Shown here piece by piece: positions 9,017-19,701 of a DNA stretch of 32,000 nt. Position 1 is the stretch's first letter, and every line of letters begins with the position of its first letter. A program made the position numbers and the translations under genes. A model generated the notes under the pieces. It was not told the origin of the DNA and did not search any database. It saw only the letters and a list, made by a program, of their open reading frames with translations. The stretch spans positions 1,740,001 through 1,772,000 of the forward strand of contig NC_010296.1 of the NCBI RefSeq assembly GCF_000010625.1. Direction: 5' to 3'. This DNA comes from Microcystis aeruginosa NIES-843 (GTDB lineage: Bacteria; Cyanobacteriota; Cyanobacteriia; Cyanobacteriales; Microcystaceae).

Positions 9017-9301
9017 GTGAGCATTGAGGAAATCATTTGGTTGGAAACAATTGTAGAAAAACTGGCCGTGAAGCATTGTGTCACTCCTGATGAGGTGGAA
9101 GAAGTTCTTGGCAATAAGCCCAAGTTTCGATTTGTAGAAAAGGGCGTTCAAGCGAGAGAATATCTATATCTAGCTTTAGGGCAAACCGATAGCGGACGTT
9201 ATTTAGCTGTTATATTCGTCTATAAATTATCCAACCAAGCCTTGATTTTAAGTGCCAGAGATATGGCTGATAAGGAGAGAAAAATGTATGACAGAAAATA
9301 A
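9017..9301 (+). CDS. brnT: BrnT-like (DUF497-type) type II toxin
   Basis: 94 aa with a GTG start. The pattern IIW...IEKLAVKHCVTPDEVEEVL...ALGQTDSGRYLAVIF...LILSARDMADKERKMY matches my recollection of BrnT-family toxins. It overlaps the downstream antitoxin-like ORF. Confidence 0.6.
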   Translation: MSIEEIIWLETIVEKLAVKHCVTPDEVEEVLGNKPKFRFVEKGVQAREYLYLALGQTDSGRYLAVIFVYKLSNQALILSARDMADKERKMYDRK

Positions 9302-9551
9302 ATCAAAAAGCCTACCTAAGTTTAATTCTACCGAGGAAATTGTCAATTTTTTTGATAGCCACGATCTGGGAGAATTTGAATCGGAACTACCGGAAGTCAA
9401 TTTTGATGTCGATCTGAAAAAAAAGCATTATTTAGTAGCAATCGATGCAGATTTGATGGTGAAACTTTTAGAAGTGGCCAGAGAACAGCAAATTTCTGTA
9501 GAAATGCTGGTCAATTCTTGGTGTAGAGATAAATTAATTATAGCGAGTTAA
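9288..9551 (+). CDS. brnA: CopG/BrnA-type antitoxin partner
   Basis: I prefer the ATG at 9288 (MTENKSKSLPKFNSTEEIVNFFDSHDLGEF...) over the track start at 9252. It is preceded by aaggagag (9272-9279) and overlaps the toxin stop by 14 nt. The 'P(K/E)F.SEEE...F(W/F)D.HD' N-terminus plus a C-terminal RHH-like segment is typical of the family. Confidence 0.6.
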   Translation: MTENKSKSLPKFNSTEEIVNFFDSHDLGEFESELPEVNFDVDLKKKHYLVAIDADLMVKLLEVAREQQISVEMLVNSWCRDKLIIAS

Positions 9552-9599
9552 AAAGTGATATGATTTGGTCAACAATGTTCATTTTGTATCGAGGAGCCG

Positions 9600-9652
9600 C
9601 TAAGCTAAGACGTATTTAAACCGCTTATTCTTAGATTAGCCGAATCTCCCCC
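9600..9652. repeat. 53-bp exact repeat; inverted partner of 4026-4078
   Basis: Exact reverse complement of 4026-4078. It is followed by gtgcctcttgcaagagtgcctcttgcc, which contains the same CCTCTTGCA core as the IS terminal repeats. Confidence 0.9.
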
Positions 9653-10150
9653 GACCCCTTGGGGGTGCCTCTTGCAAGAGTGCCTCTTGCCTCGTCTCAA
9701 CAAGCAATTTAAATTACGAACAGCTTAGAAGTTTCTCCACTTGTTTTTATGGATAAACTGACTACTTTTCAGCCATTTTCTCCTTGTCTTTGCTGCCAAT
9801 CGGTAAACATCGCATCCCAATCATAGTGACAAAATTTTGCCAGTTTTTCCCGAAATTGAGCAAAGGATGCCTGGTCAAACGGGCTGCATCTCACATTTGC
9901 AGAAATACCGACAATCAGCAATTATCAGTGACTCTTAAAATAATTACAAATGTATCAGCAGCTGCGTGTAAGCATCCCACCAAAAAGCTAATGCGCTCCG
10001 GGGTTTGGGGGGTAGAACCCCCCAAAGGCTTGGATTGAGTGATAAAATCGGAAGTGATCACCAATTTTAGAAGATAGTTTCCCTTTAAAAATCCCAACTC
10101 AGTAGATTTACAAAAATGAGATGTACTCGGTTAAACGCATCCAGGAATTT

Positions 10151-11212
10151 TTAAGGATAAAAACACATTTGCGGCAAAGCAAGGGATTCTTCCCAACCCA
10201 TCATGAGATTGAGACATTGTACCGCTTGTCCCGATTGTCCCTTAACTAAATTATCGATCGCTGACATCACTATCACTCGATCGGTTCTCGGATCTACTTC
10301 AATACCGAGATAACATAAATTAGTACCACAGGCCCATTTAGTTTGTGGATAGACTCCCCCCGGTAGGATTTTGACAAAGGGAGAAGCGCGATAAAAAGCA
10401 TTGTAGATAGTGATTAAATCATCCCGCACCAGATTGGGATCCCGCAAAGTTGCATAGACTGTGGACAGGATACCTCGGACCATGGGCATTAAATGGGGAG
10501 TAAACTGGACGCGCACCTCATGACCGGCTAAATCACCGCAAATCTGCTCAATTTCGGGAGTATGACGGTGTTTTCCCGCTACATTATAGGCCCCGATCGA
10601 ACTATCTGCTTCTGCCAATAACATATTAATCTTAGCTTGTCTTCCCCCTCCCGAAGTTCCCGATTTGGCATCAATAATCGTGGTTTCCGGGACAATTAAA
10701 CCCTGTTTTAACAGGGGAGAAATCGCCATTAAACTAGCGGTAGGATAACATCCGGGGCAACCGATCAAAGAGGCATTTTTAATATCTTCCCGATAAAGTT
10801 CCGGTAAACCGTACACAGCCGTAGATGCGATCGCTTGATCCTGACGTTCCTTGCCATACCATTTACTATAGGTGTCTAGGCTAGTAAAACGATAATCTGC
10901 CGACAGATCCAAGACTTTACACCCTTTAGCGAGCAAAGGAGGGGCTAAATCACAGGCTAAACCATTGGGTAAACCCAAGAAAACCACTTGACAACGGGAG
11001 GCAATTATCTCTAAATCGATCGCCTCCACATTAAGATTAATGCTATGACCGAGATGGGGATATAAATCACTGTAGGGTTTCCCGGCGCTACTATCGCCCC
11101 CCAGATACGCTAATTCGACAAGGGGATGTTCTTTGAGCAAACGTACCAACTGTACGCCACCATATCCCGAAGCGCCGACAATACCCACTGAAACCTTCTG
11201 TCCTTGCGTCAT
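10151..11212 (-). CDS. argC: N-acetyl-gamma-glutamyl-phosphate reductase
   Basis: [11 protein letters not shown] Rossmann N-terminus, active-site [17 protein letters not shown]; 353 aa. Confidence 0.93.
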   Translation of the reverse strand: MTQGQKVSVGIVGASGYGGVQLVRLLKEHPLVELAYLGGDSSAGKPYSDLYPHLGHSINLNVEAIDLEIIASRCQVVFLGLPNGLACDLAPPLLAKGCKVLDLSADYRFTSLDTYSKWYGKERQDQAIASTAVYGLPELYREDIKNASLIGCPGCYPTASLMAISPLLKQGLIVPETTIIDAKSGTSGGGRQAKINMLLAEADSSIGAYNVAGKHRHTPEIEQICGDLAGHEVRVQFTPHLMPMVRGILSTVYATLRDPNLVRDDLITIYNAFYRASPFVKILPGGVYPQTKWACGTNLCYLGIEVDPRTDRVIVMSAIDNLVKGQSGQAVQCLNLMMGWEESLALPQMCFYP

Positions 11213-11466
11213 TTCCCTTGTTCCTAAAAATTCTTATCGTTAATATAACGTTTTGTTCTGGCTGAATTTTAGCCTAACCGGTGGGATTTAAATCAAAAAA
11301 CTTCCTGTAAAAACCTAGTATCTCGGCCGGGTTGTCCATAAACCGTCAATTTCTCTTGATCAATAGGCTGTTATCTTAATGATGAGGTACAAGGTTTTCC
11401 TTTTATGAGGCCAAATTAGGTTAAACTTCATCCTTAGGAGAAAGGCTGTAATTCAATCCCCCATAT

Positions 11467-11730
11467 TTAAAATTTTGAGCGCACTGTAAATTCATAATCT
11501 CCTCCCGGTTCTAATTGATAATCGTAGCGTTCTAAAAACCGATTCAAGGGTTCAAAAATCAAAGCCCTACCTAGGGAAGGTTGTACTGATAACTTGCCTT
11601 GAAGAAAATGCCATTGAAAACGCCATTGATATTGTTCCGTCCGCACTTCTCCCTCTAATTTACCCGTTTGCCAAGATTGCTTAATTATCCGCACATAAGC
11701 CGTGCTTTCTGGTCGATTGTCGCCACTCAC
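11467..11730 (-). CDS. Hypothetical small protein (87 aa)
   Basis: An ORF with no overlapping competitor, lying co-directionally between the DUF389 gene and argC. GTG start. I recognise no motif. Confidence 0.4.
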   Translation of the reverse strand: MSGDNRPESTAYVRIIKQSWQTGKLEGEVRTEQYQWRFQWHFLQGKLSVQPSLGRALIFEPLNRFLERYDYQLEPGGDYEFTVRSKF

Positions 11731-11816
11731 CTGAACCCTACCTATAGATTAAATATCAAACATTAAGATAACGAATTAATCCTTGTTTGTCATTACTTGA
11801 GCTAATTTTCTCGACT

Positions 11817-12806
11817 TTATTCTGGGGCAGTGACTTCATTAACCTTAGAAACCAAGACATTTAATTGAAAAGGTCGCCCCATTTCCTTAGTAATGAATTC
11901 TTCCAACAATTCTACCTGTCTGGGGGTAATACTTTCCGCAGTTCTTACTACTAATCTCACCCGGGGAGGTTGCTTGAGCCAATTAATCGAAGATTCCAAT
12001 AATTCTGCCCGTTGAAAAGTAATCGTTCGTTGTAATAAAGCTTTTTTGAGCAACCTTTCTAAGCGAGCTTGATTGGCCAGAGTTGCAAAACTTATTCCTA
12101 ACGGAATTAGCAAAACTGCTGTCAGGATAGAAGTCAAAATTAGAGCGTTACGCGCCCGATGAAAATTAGAATAACCTGCCAGCAAAAAGACCAACAAACA
12201 GGAGAGAGCAATGCCTAATAAATTGGTAATATATAACAGAGTTGCCCCCAAACTTAGGAGCCAATTCCCTTGGGATAATCCTAAACCAATCGTACAAACT
12301 GGCGGCATTAAAGCCACGGCGATCGCTGTTCCCGCTAAAGTACCTGAAATTTTCGGTTCTATTTTGGCATAACCACTGATTGCCCCCGCCGTAATTGCTA
12401 CTCCTAAATCTAAAAGATTCGGTTGAGAACGGGCCTGAATTTCACTACCAAATTCGGAAATTCCGATCAATAATCCTAGCAACCAAGCTATCGCTAAAGC
12501 GATGATCGTACCAACTAAAATCGCCAAGGCCGACTTACGAATTAATCGCCAACTGCCAATTAAACCACCAAAAGCCAGACTACGAATCGGCAACATCAAA
12601 GGGGCAATAATCATCGCCCCAATAATCACGGCCGCACTATTGGCGACTAAGCCAAAGGTAGCGATCGCACAAGAACTGACAATCAAAGCTAGATAGGGAA
12701 AATCGAGGGACGCTTCTAACCATAAATCGCGCCACATAGTCCGCGATTGTTGCCAGGTCAAGGGTTTTCTTGAGAACCACGAGTGGGGCCGTTCTTTTCT
12801 CGTCAT
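11817..12806 (-). CDS. DUF389-family integral membrane protein
   Basis: 329 aa and polytopic. The AVIIGAMIIAPLMLPI and GTAIAVALMPPVCTIG segments resemble the DUF389 signature. The soluble C-terminal tail is about 90 aa. Confidence 0.6.
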   Translation of the reverse strand: MTRKERPHSWFSRKPLTWQQSRTMWRDLWLEASLDFPYLALIVSSCAIATFGLVANSAAVIIGAMIIAPLMLPIRSLAFGGLIGSWRLIRKSALAILVGTIIALAIAWLLGLLIGISEFGSEIQARSQPNLLDLGVAITAGAISGYAKIEPKISGTLAGTAIAVALMPPVCTIGLGLSQGNWLLSLGATLLYITNLLGIALSCLLVFLLAGYSNFHRARNALILTSILTAVLLIPLGISFATLANQARLERLLKKALLQRTITFQRAELLESSINWLKQPPRVRLVVRTAESITPRQVELLEEFITKEMGRPFQLNVLVSKVNEVTAPE

Positions 12807-13157
12807 GGGGCTGAGGAAGATTGACTTTTCTTTTACTTATAGCTTTTTTTGTCTAATCAATGTATATTTGTATCATTTTCTTTAACTAATCTTACCGTTT
12901 TTTTCTTCGCCTCGATTGATGAAACCTCCTGCCCGCTGCCATCTGCCGACCGCCTTCGTTAACGCCCCTAGGCCAAGTAGAAATTAGCAAAGAAATTACC
13001 GACGAAACCCCACAGATTGATCTATTTTTTTCGCCTCATCCAGAGGGGCAAATAACTGTCGCTCATCGGAAATTTTGGGTCTGAAACCCCGCCGTTTTAC
13101 GACGGCTTTGCTGTTAAATCTTAGCGCATTTACGAAATATATGCTAAAATGTGAGGT

Positions 13158-14346
13158 ATGGAAAAAGCCTATTCGTTTCGATTTTACCCCACACCCGAAC
13201 AAGAGTCGCTATTGCGGCGCACTTTGGGCTGTGTAAGATTAGTTTACAATAAAGCTCTCCATGTCAGAACACAAGCATGGTACGAAAGACAAGAAAGAGT
13301 AGGCTAAGCTCAAACTTCTTCAATGCTAACCGATTGGAAAAAGCAAGAAGAATTAGACTTTCTCAATGAAGTAAGCTGTGTACCTTTACAACAAGGGTTA
13401 AGACATTTACAAACAGCTTTTACTAACTTCTTTGCTGGTCGTACTAAGTATCCTAACTTTAAGAAAAAACATCAAGGAGGAAGTGCCGAATTTACCAAAT
13501 CTGCTTTTAAAATTAAAGACAAACAAATCTATTTAGCTAAATGCACAGAACCTTTACCTATTCGATGGTCAAGACAAATACCAGACGGATGTGAACCAAG
13601 TACAGTAACAGTCAGATTACATCCTTCTGGACGTTGGCATATCTCAATAAGATTTGATGACCCAACGATTAAGCCTCTACCAGTAACAGATAAAGCCATT
13701 GGAATTGACTTAGGAATTAGTAGCCTCGTGATTACCAGCGATGGCGATAAAGTGTCTAATCCCAAGCATTTTAAGAAACATTATCAGAGGTTACGAAAAG
13801 CACAAAAAAGCCTTTCTAGAAAACAGAAAGGGTCAAAAAATCGGGAAAAAGCAAGAATCAAAGTAGCCAAGATTCACGCTCAAATCACGGATAGTAGAAA
13901 AGACCATTTACATAAGCTAACCACTCAATTAGTTCGTGAAAACCAAACGATTGTGGTTGAGAATTTAGCCGTCAAGAATATGGTCAAAAACCCGAAATTA
14001 TCTCAGGCAATATCTGATGTAAGCTGGGGAGAAATCACCCGACAATTAGCCTATAAATGCCGTTGGTACGGCAGAAATTACATCGAAATAGATAGATGGT
14101 TTCCTAGCTCTAAAAGGTGTAGTAATTGCGGGTATATTGCCCTTGAAAATGCCGTTAAATGTTCGAGAATGGGACTGTCCAGACTGTGGGACTCACCATG
14201 ACCGAGATATTAACGCTAGTAAAAATATTTTGGCCGCAGGGCTTGCGGTGTCAGTCTGTAGAGCGACCATAAGACCAGAACAGAGTAAATCTGTTAAGGC
14301 AGGTGCGGAACCCCGCAAGGGAAAGAAGCAGAAACCTAAATCGTGA
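13158..14346 (+). pseudogene. tnpB: TnpB (IS605 OrfB-type RNA-guided nuclease) pseudogene
   Basis: MEKAYSFRFYPTPEQESLLRRTLGCVRLVYNKAL N-terminus. RuvC residues in GIDLGI, VVENL and HDRDINAS. Zinc-finger motifs CSNCG...CPDCG. Defects: in-frame TAA at 13305-13307 (RVG*AQTS) and one frameshift around 14137-14160 joining ORFs 13323..14201 and 14137..14346. Confidence 0.85.
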
Positions 14347-14389
14347 GGTTTGGGAATCACCGTCCGTTTACGGCGGTGAGGATGTCAAC
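14200..14389 (+). ncRNA. Putative omega-RNA (reRNA) scaffold at the tnpB 3' end / right end
   Basis: By analogy with characterised TnpB systems, the guide RNA scaffold overlaps the 3' end of tnpB and the RE. A bulged hairpin at 14358-14378 is followed by gaggatgtcaac. The 5' limit is a guess. Confidence 0.3.
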
Positions 14390-14520
14390 TAGGATTATTA
14401 GGTCAAATTGCCCTAAAGAACCCTCTCCTAGAACCCGATCGTAATTCTCCCACTCGTGCCGATGTGCGTAATTGTCTCTCGAAATTAACCGCCGTTTTTG
14501 AGGGGAGAAGGGAGAAAAAA

Positions 14521-14560
14521 GCTGACACTGATGACTGATAACTGAATACTGACTCCTGAC
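14521..14560 (-). repeat. Degenerate heptamer array (…actg atgactg ataactg aatactg actcctg…)
   Basis: 7-nt periodicity of ACTG in an intergenic region. Less regular than the other arrays. Confidence 0.5.
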
Positions 14561-15000
14561 TTCTAACCCAATGTGCGCCAAAGATAAGCAAAAATTATTT
14601 ATTGACTCCAAAAACTTCAGAATATTTAAATTAACATTTAGCAATATTTACAAATTCTTAAGAATTAATTGAGAAAGATTTTTATTTAACAACGATGTTG
14701 CAGTGGTAACAGCGATTTGATAGAATTTCATAGTGGCTTACCCTGTGCTTTTTTGGACAGCAATGCTTGAAACCCTCGCCACACCTACAGGGTGATCCTA
14801 ATTAAGACAGGTAAATTAGTCAATTTCACCCACAACGATGATCTTTTTTTTGTGTAGTTTTATTGCAAAGAAAAAGTTTTTTTGACAAAAAGCACAAAGT
14901 ATGCAGTAGCAGTTATGGCAGAGTGGGGGTTGGGGAGGGGGAAGCTGTCTCATCACCCTATCACCCCAAAACCCGATCACCCGACCACCGATCACTGAAT

Positions 15001-15558
15001 TTACCGTTTAGCGGCAACAATGGCAAAAACGGTGGTATGGGGATCATCTTTTAAAGTCACCCCTTCTGGCATTTTCAAATCACCCACGAGCAGGGATTGC
15101 CCCACACCGATCTCCGAAACATCAAATTCGATCACTTCCGGGATATTATCGGCAATACAGGAGACATTAACTTCGTTGACGAACTGTTCGATTAAACCGC
15201 CCTGTTTGGTTCCGATCGCTTCTCCTATGGCCTTAATGGGAACGACGATATCGAGCTTACCGTGGGCAGATACCGAGAAGAAACTGAGATGATAGAGATT
15301 TCTTTTCCAGGGATGAGATTGCACCTCTTGGATCAAAGCTTTTCCCGTCCAGGGCATTTCGGGAACATTCACATCCACCAGGGTATTATTTACCGAAGCC
15401 TTTTTAAGCAGGGTTAAGGCCGCTTTTTCTCCCACCACCAGAGAAATCGATTCCGTGCCGTTGTGGCCATAGAGAACCGCCGGGATCAAACCCTGACGAC
15501 GCAGGGCCCTGGGGTTAATATTTTCGGGTCTTTTTTGACATTCAACGCTAACTTGCAT
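15001..15558 (-). CDS. rplY: 50S ribosomal protein L25 / general stress protein Ctc
   Basis: RALRRQGLIPAVLYGHNG N-terminal L25 motif and the two-domain length of 185 aa. It starts 27 nt downstream of the purA stop, so it is probably co-transcribed. Confidence 0.88.
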   Translation of the reverse strand: MQVSVECQKRPENINPRALRRQGLIPAVLYGHNGTESISLVVGEKAALTLLKKASVNNTLVDVNVPEMPWTGKALIQEVQSHPWKRNLYHLSFFSVSAHGKLDIVVPIKAIGEAIGTKQGGLIEQFVNEVNVSCIADNIPEVIEFDVSEIGVGQSLLVGDLKMPEGVTLKDDPHTTVFAIVAAKR

Positions 15559-15585
15559 AGTTGACTAATCCTCTTTAGCAATGAC

Positions 15586-16935
<1,350 letters not shown>

Positions 16936-17056
16936 TTAGTCTAGCTAAAGTTCACACAAACTGCTATTATCCCTCTTGGCGAATACAACTGTCAAGTTAT
17001 CTCTCTTAGCTAATTGTGGGGAGAAGGCGAGGGGAAAACTCGCCTATTTTCAGGGT

Positions 17057-17224
17057 TTATTGACCTTCCCGACTGATTTGACGCTCGATAGTTTCGATAG
17101 CGGCATTTAATCCCGCTAGACGGGTTTCGAGGTCATCGCGCATCCATTTGAGGAATGTTAATTTACGCTCTTGACATTCTTGGCGGGAAGTGCTGCCACA
17201 AGTGTTAAAGAAGAAGGGAAACAT
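17057..17224 (-). CDS. Candidate small protein (55 aa), below ORF-track threshold
   Basis: ATG at 17224 to TAA at 17057-17059: MFPFFFNTCGSTSRQECQERKLTFLKWMRDDLETRLAGLNAAIETIERQISREGQ. It fills the otherwise empty gap between lptF/G and purA on the same strand. The C-terminal half looks amphipathic-helical. A hairpin ggcgag-N7-ctcgcc (17026-17044) lies 13 nt downstream. Confidence 0.4.
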   Translation of the reverse strand: MFPFFFNTCGSTSRQECQERKLTFLKWMRDDLETRLAGLNAAIETIERQISREGQ

Positions 17225-17284
17225 AGACTAAGGGGCCTGCTATAACTCTACGTCTCCTATCTTGACGAAAATTTTCAAAAAAGT

Positions 17285-18448
17285 CTAACCGTTAAGTCGC
17301 CATAATAACCATAGACCCAACCCAAAACCGAAAAAGTTAGGCAGCCAGGCAGCTAGGAAGGGGGAGAGGGTGGCGGTTAGTCCCAAGCTGCCGACTAAGA
17401 AGTTTAAAAGATAATAGAGGAAAACAATGGCGACACTGAGACCGAAACTGGTTCCCCGACTAATTCTTTGCGGTAGAGAACCCAAGGCACAACCTATGGT
17501 AGCAAAGACGATACAGACAAAGGGAAAGGCGATTTTTTGCTGGATTCGCACTTGAAAAAACCTGACTCTCTTATCATCGCCACTGAGTTTGAGCAGTTGC
17601 ACATATTCGATCGCCTGTGGTATGTTCATCTCGTAGGGATCGCGGCTTTGACGAGCAAAATCGAAAGCGGAGCGAGATAAAGCGATTTTTTCGGCTTTAA
17701 AGGGGATAACTTGGCGATAGGAGGCGTTAGGGGGGGTTAATTCATAGATAATGCCGTTAAAAAAGTCCCAGACGTTATCGACGGCATTCCAACGGGCCGA
17801 ATCGGCGATAATAATTTGATTTAATTCTTGTTTTAGCCAACGGATAACGGTGACGGTTTTCATCTTTTCCCCGTCAAATTGTTCGGCATAAAATAAACTT
17901 ATTAAATTGCGATTAATCGTACCATTTTCTAGGGTTTTTATTTCATAATCGGGATAATAAAAATCTTTATTTTTCCAAAAACTTGCTTCTTTATTAATTT
18001 TCTGCACTAAAATTTCTGTGGCTCGATAATTAGCATTGGGAACCACATATTCATTTAATAAAAATGTCACCACTGTAACTATTAAACTCAGGCAGAAAGT
18101 GGGTATAAAAAGACGGTAAAGAGTGACTCCACAGCTTTGCAGGGCAACGGTTTCACTATCACTACTTAAACGACCGTAGGTGATTAAAGTGGCCAGTAAA
18201 AGGGAAACTGGCAGGGAATAGGTGACAAATTCTGGCACTTTTAACAGGAGAATTTCTAGGGCCGAGGCAAGGGGTAGATTGGCATCAACTACCTGATTAG
18301 CTAAATCGGAAAGATTGCCGATCGCTACTCCCAAAGAGGCAAATAAACCAACACTAAATAAAAATGGGGGTAGTAGTTGGCTGATCAGATAGCGATCAAT
18401 GAGGGCAATACCTCCATTTACCCAGTAAGAAATCTTTTTCTTAATCAT
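17285..18448 (-). CDS. LptF/LptG (YjgP/YjgQ) family LPS-export permease
   Basis: LIDRYLISQLLPPFLFSVGLF N-terminus typical of the family. Three TM helices, a ~150-aa periplasmic insert, then three TM helices; 387 aa. Confidence 0.8.
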   Translation of the reverse strand: MIKKKISYWVNGGIALIDRYLISQLLPPFLFSVGLFASLGVAIGNLSDLANQVVDANLPLASALEILLLKVPEFVTYSLPVSLLLATLITYGRLSSDSETVALQSCGVTLYRLFIPTFCLSLIVTVVTFLLNEYVVPNANYRATEILVQKINKEASFWKNKDFYYPDYEIKTLENGTINRNLISLFYAEQFDGEKMKTVTVIRWLKQELNQIIIADSARWNAVDNVWDFFNGIIYELTPPNASYRQVIPFKAEKIALSRSAFDFARQSRDPYEMNIPQAIEYVQLLKLSGDDKRVRFFQVRIQQKIAFPFVCIVFATIGCALGSLPQRISRGTSFGLSVAIVFLYYLLNFLVGSLGLTATLSPFLAAWLPNFFGFGLGLWLLWRLNG

Positions 18449-18655
18449 TGATTTTGGTTAACTCACTCCTATTTCATCCCATTTCCTAACCCGCAGCCGT
18501 CTTGCTTACACCTTCGGTTAGCCTATCATATTTTGTCTTTGACGAAAAACACCGCCGGAAGTTGTATGATTGCGGGGAGAGTGGACAGAAGTAAGGATTT
18601 GGGTAAGTGTAGATAATTTTTCTGTTCCTATTCCCCGATCATCCCGAGGTGAATT

Positions 18656-19699
18656 ATGCTGCTAAACTGGCAAACTTTTACTATTCATAAACGAGTACCT
18701 TTAAGGATTAGTCGCGGCACTACCAGCGAAAATACTAATATCTGGCTGAAAATTAGCGAGGAAAATATCGAAGGGTGGGGAGAGGCATCCCCTTTTGATA
18801 TTACCAGCGAGGAGAAAAAACCCGATAAAATCCTGCAAGAATTAAACTCGATCGCTCCTATTTTACAATCTTTTCATCCCTGTCAACGCCAAGAAATTGA
18901 GAAAATTTTATGGCAAAATCAGATATCTTCGGCTACTCGTGCCGCTATTGATACGGCACTGCACGACTGGTTAGGCAAAAAAGCTAATTTACCTCTCTGG
19001 CAAATTTTTGGACTCGATCGCTCTTTAATTCCGCCGGTTTCTGTTACTATCGGTTTAAATTCTCCAGAAAATGTGCAGAAAAGGCTGTTAGATTGGCTAG
19101 AAATTGGCGATTTTAGCTTATTAAAAGTCAAATTAGGCTCACCGGACGGTATAGAAGCCGATCGAGCCATAATTCTGGCTATTAAAGAAATTGTCCCCCA
19201 TTTGCCCCTAACTGTCGATGCTAATGGTGGTTGGCAATTTAGCGATGCGGTGAAAATGTGCCAATGGTTAGAGGAAAAAGGCGTTATTTATGTGGAACAA
19301 CCCCTATCCGTCGGACAAGAACGAGATTTAATCGATTTATACCAAAAATCGCCCCTACCTATCTTCGTCGATGAAAGCTGTTTTTCTAGTCAAGATATCC
19401 CGAAACTGGCCGATCGAGTCCACGGCATTAATATTAAACTAATGAAAGCTGGTGGATTAGCCGAAGTGCAGAGAATGATTCATATTGCCCAAGCTTGCCG
19501 ACTGCAAATTATGTTCGGATGTTACTCTGACAGCAGTTTAGCCAATACTGCCCTAGCACATCTTGGCCCGCTTGTCAACTATCTTGACCTAGATAGTCAT
19601 TTAAATTTACGCGATGATCCCTTTACGGGTTTAAGCTTAGAAAAGGGACGTTTACAACCAAATAATTCACCCGGTTTGGGTGTTAGTTTACGGATATAA
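18656..19699 (+). CDS. Enolase-superfamily dipeptide (L-Ala-D/L-Glu-type) epimerase
   Basis: Shows the capping domain plus the barrel. LKVKLG (catalytic Lys region). Metal ligands in VDANGGW, VEQP and VDES. KLMKAGG second Lys; 347 aa. Confidence 0.8.
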   Translation: MLLNWQTFTIHKRVPLRISRGTTSENTNIWLKISEENIEGWGEASPFDITSEEKKPDKILQELNSIAPILQSFHPCQRQEIEKILWQNQISSATRAAIDTALHDWLGKKANLPLWQIFGLDRSLIPPVSVTIGLNSPENVQKRLLDWLEIGDFSLLKVKLGSPDGIEADRAIILAIKEIVPHLPLTVDANGGWQFSDAVKMCQWLEEKGVIYVEQPLSVGQERDLIDLYQKSPLPIFVDESCFSSQDIPKLADRVHGINIKLMKAGGLAEVQRMIHIAQACRLQIMFGCYSDSSLANTALAHLGPLVNYLDLDSHLNLRDDPFTGLSLEKGRLQPNNSPGLGVSLRI

Positions 19700-19701
19700 A
19701 G

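Larger units (their letters stand above)
13085..14389 (+). mobile_element. IS200/IS605-family element of the tnpB-only (IS1341-like) type; boundaries approximate
   Basis: Related subterminal hairpins at both ends: ccgccgttttacgacgg (13089-13106) and caccgtccgtttacggcggtg (14358-14378). There is no tnpA (Y1 transposase) in or next to it. A TGnTAAAAT extended -10-like box (13142-13150) lies upstream of tnpB. Confidence 0.65.

Noticed and set aside
8932-9123. ORF 8932..9123 (-), 63 aa
   Set aside because: It is antisense across the dacB 3' end and the brnT-like 5' end, with no support.
10004-10026. Perfect 10-bp hairpin tttggggggt-aga-accccccaaa as the argC terminator
   Set aside because: There is no U-tract on either strand, and it lies 125 nt from the argC stop. 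It resembles the G/C-homopolymer hairpin at 21594-21612, so it may belong to a dispersed repeat class rather than being a canonical terminator. It is kept only as a note.
9784-10097. ORFs 9784..10038 (+) and 9915..10097 (-) in the dacB/TA-argC gap
   Set aside because: They are mutually overlapping, cross a G6/C6 hairpin and have no motifs. Only the short minus-strand remnant noted under the TA finding has protein-like composition, and it lacks a convincing start.
11243-11255. Palindrome cgtta-ata-taacg upstream of argC as a regulator binding site
   Set aside because: It is a short AT-rich palindrome that also overlaps a plausible -10 (tatatt on the minus strand). It does not match an NtcA-type GTA-N8-TAC site, so there is no basis for assigning a regulator.
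12996-13202. ORF 12996..13202 (-), 68 aa
   Set aside because: It runs antisense across the left end and start codon of the tnpB element. It is basic and low-complexity and has no support.
14357-14644. ORFs 14357..14644 and 14403..14591 (-)
   Set aside because: They start in AT-rich intergenic DNA, cross a degenerate heptamer array and end in the IS right-end hairpin. There is no RBS or motif. They are most likely noncoding.
14863-15054. ORF 14863..15054 (+), 63 aa
   Set aside because: It overlaps the 3' end of rplY antisense. It is G-run driven (GVGEGEA) and has no support.
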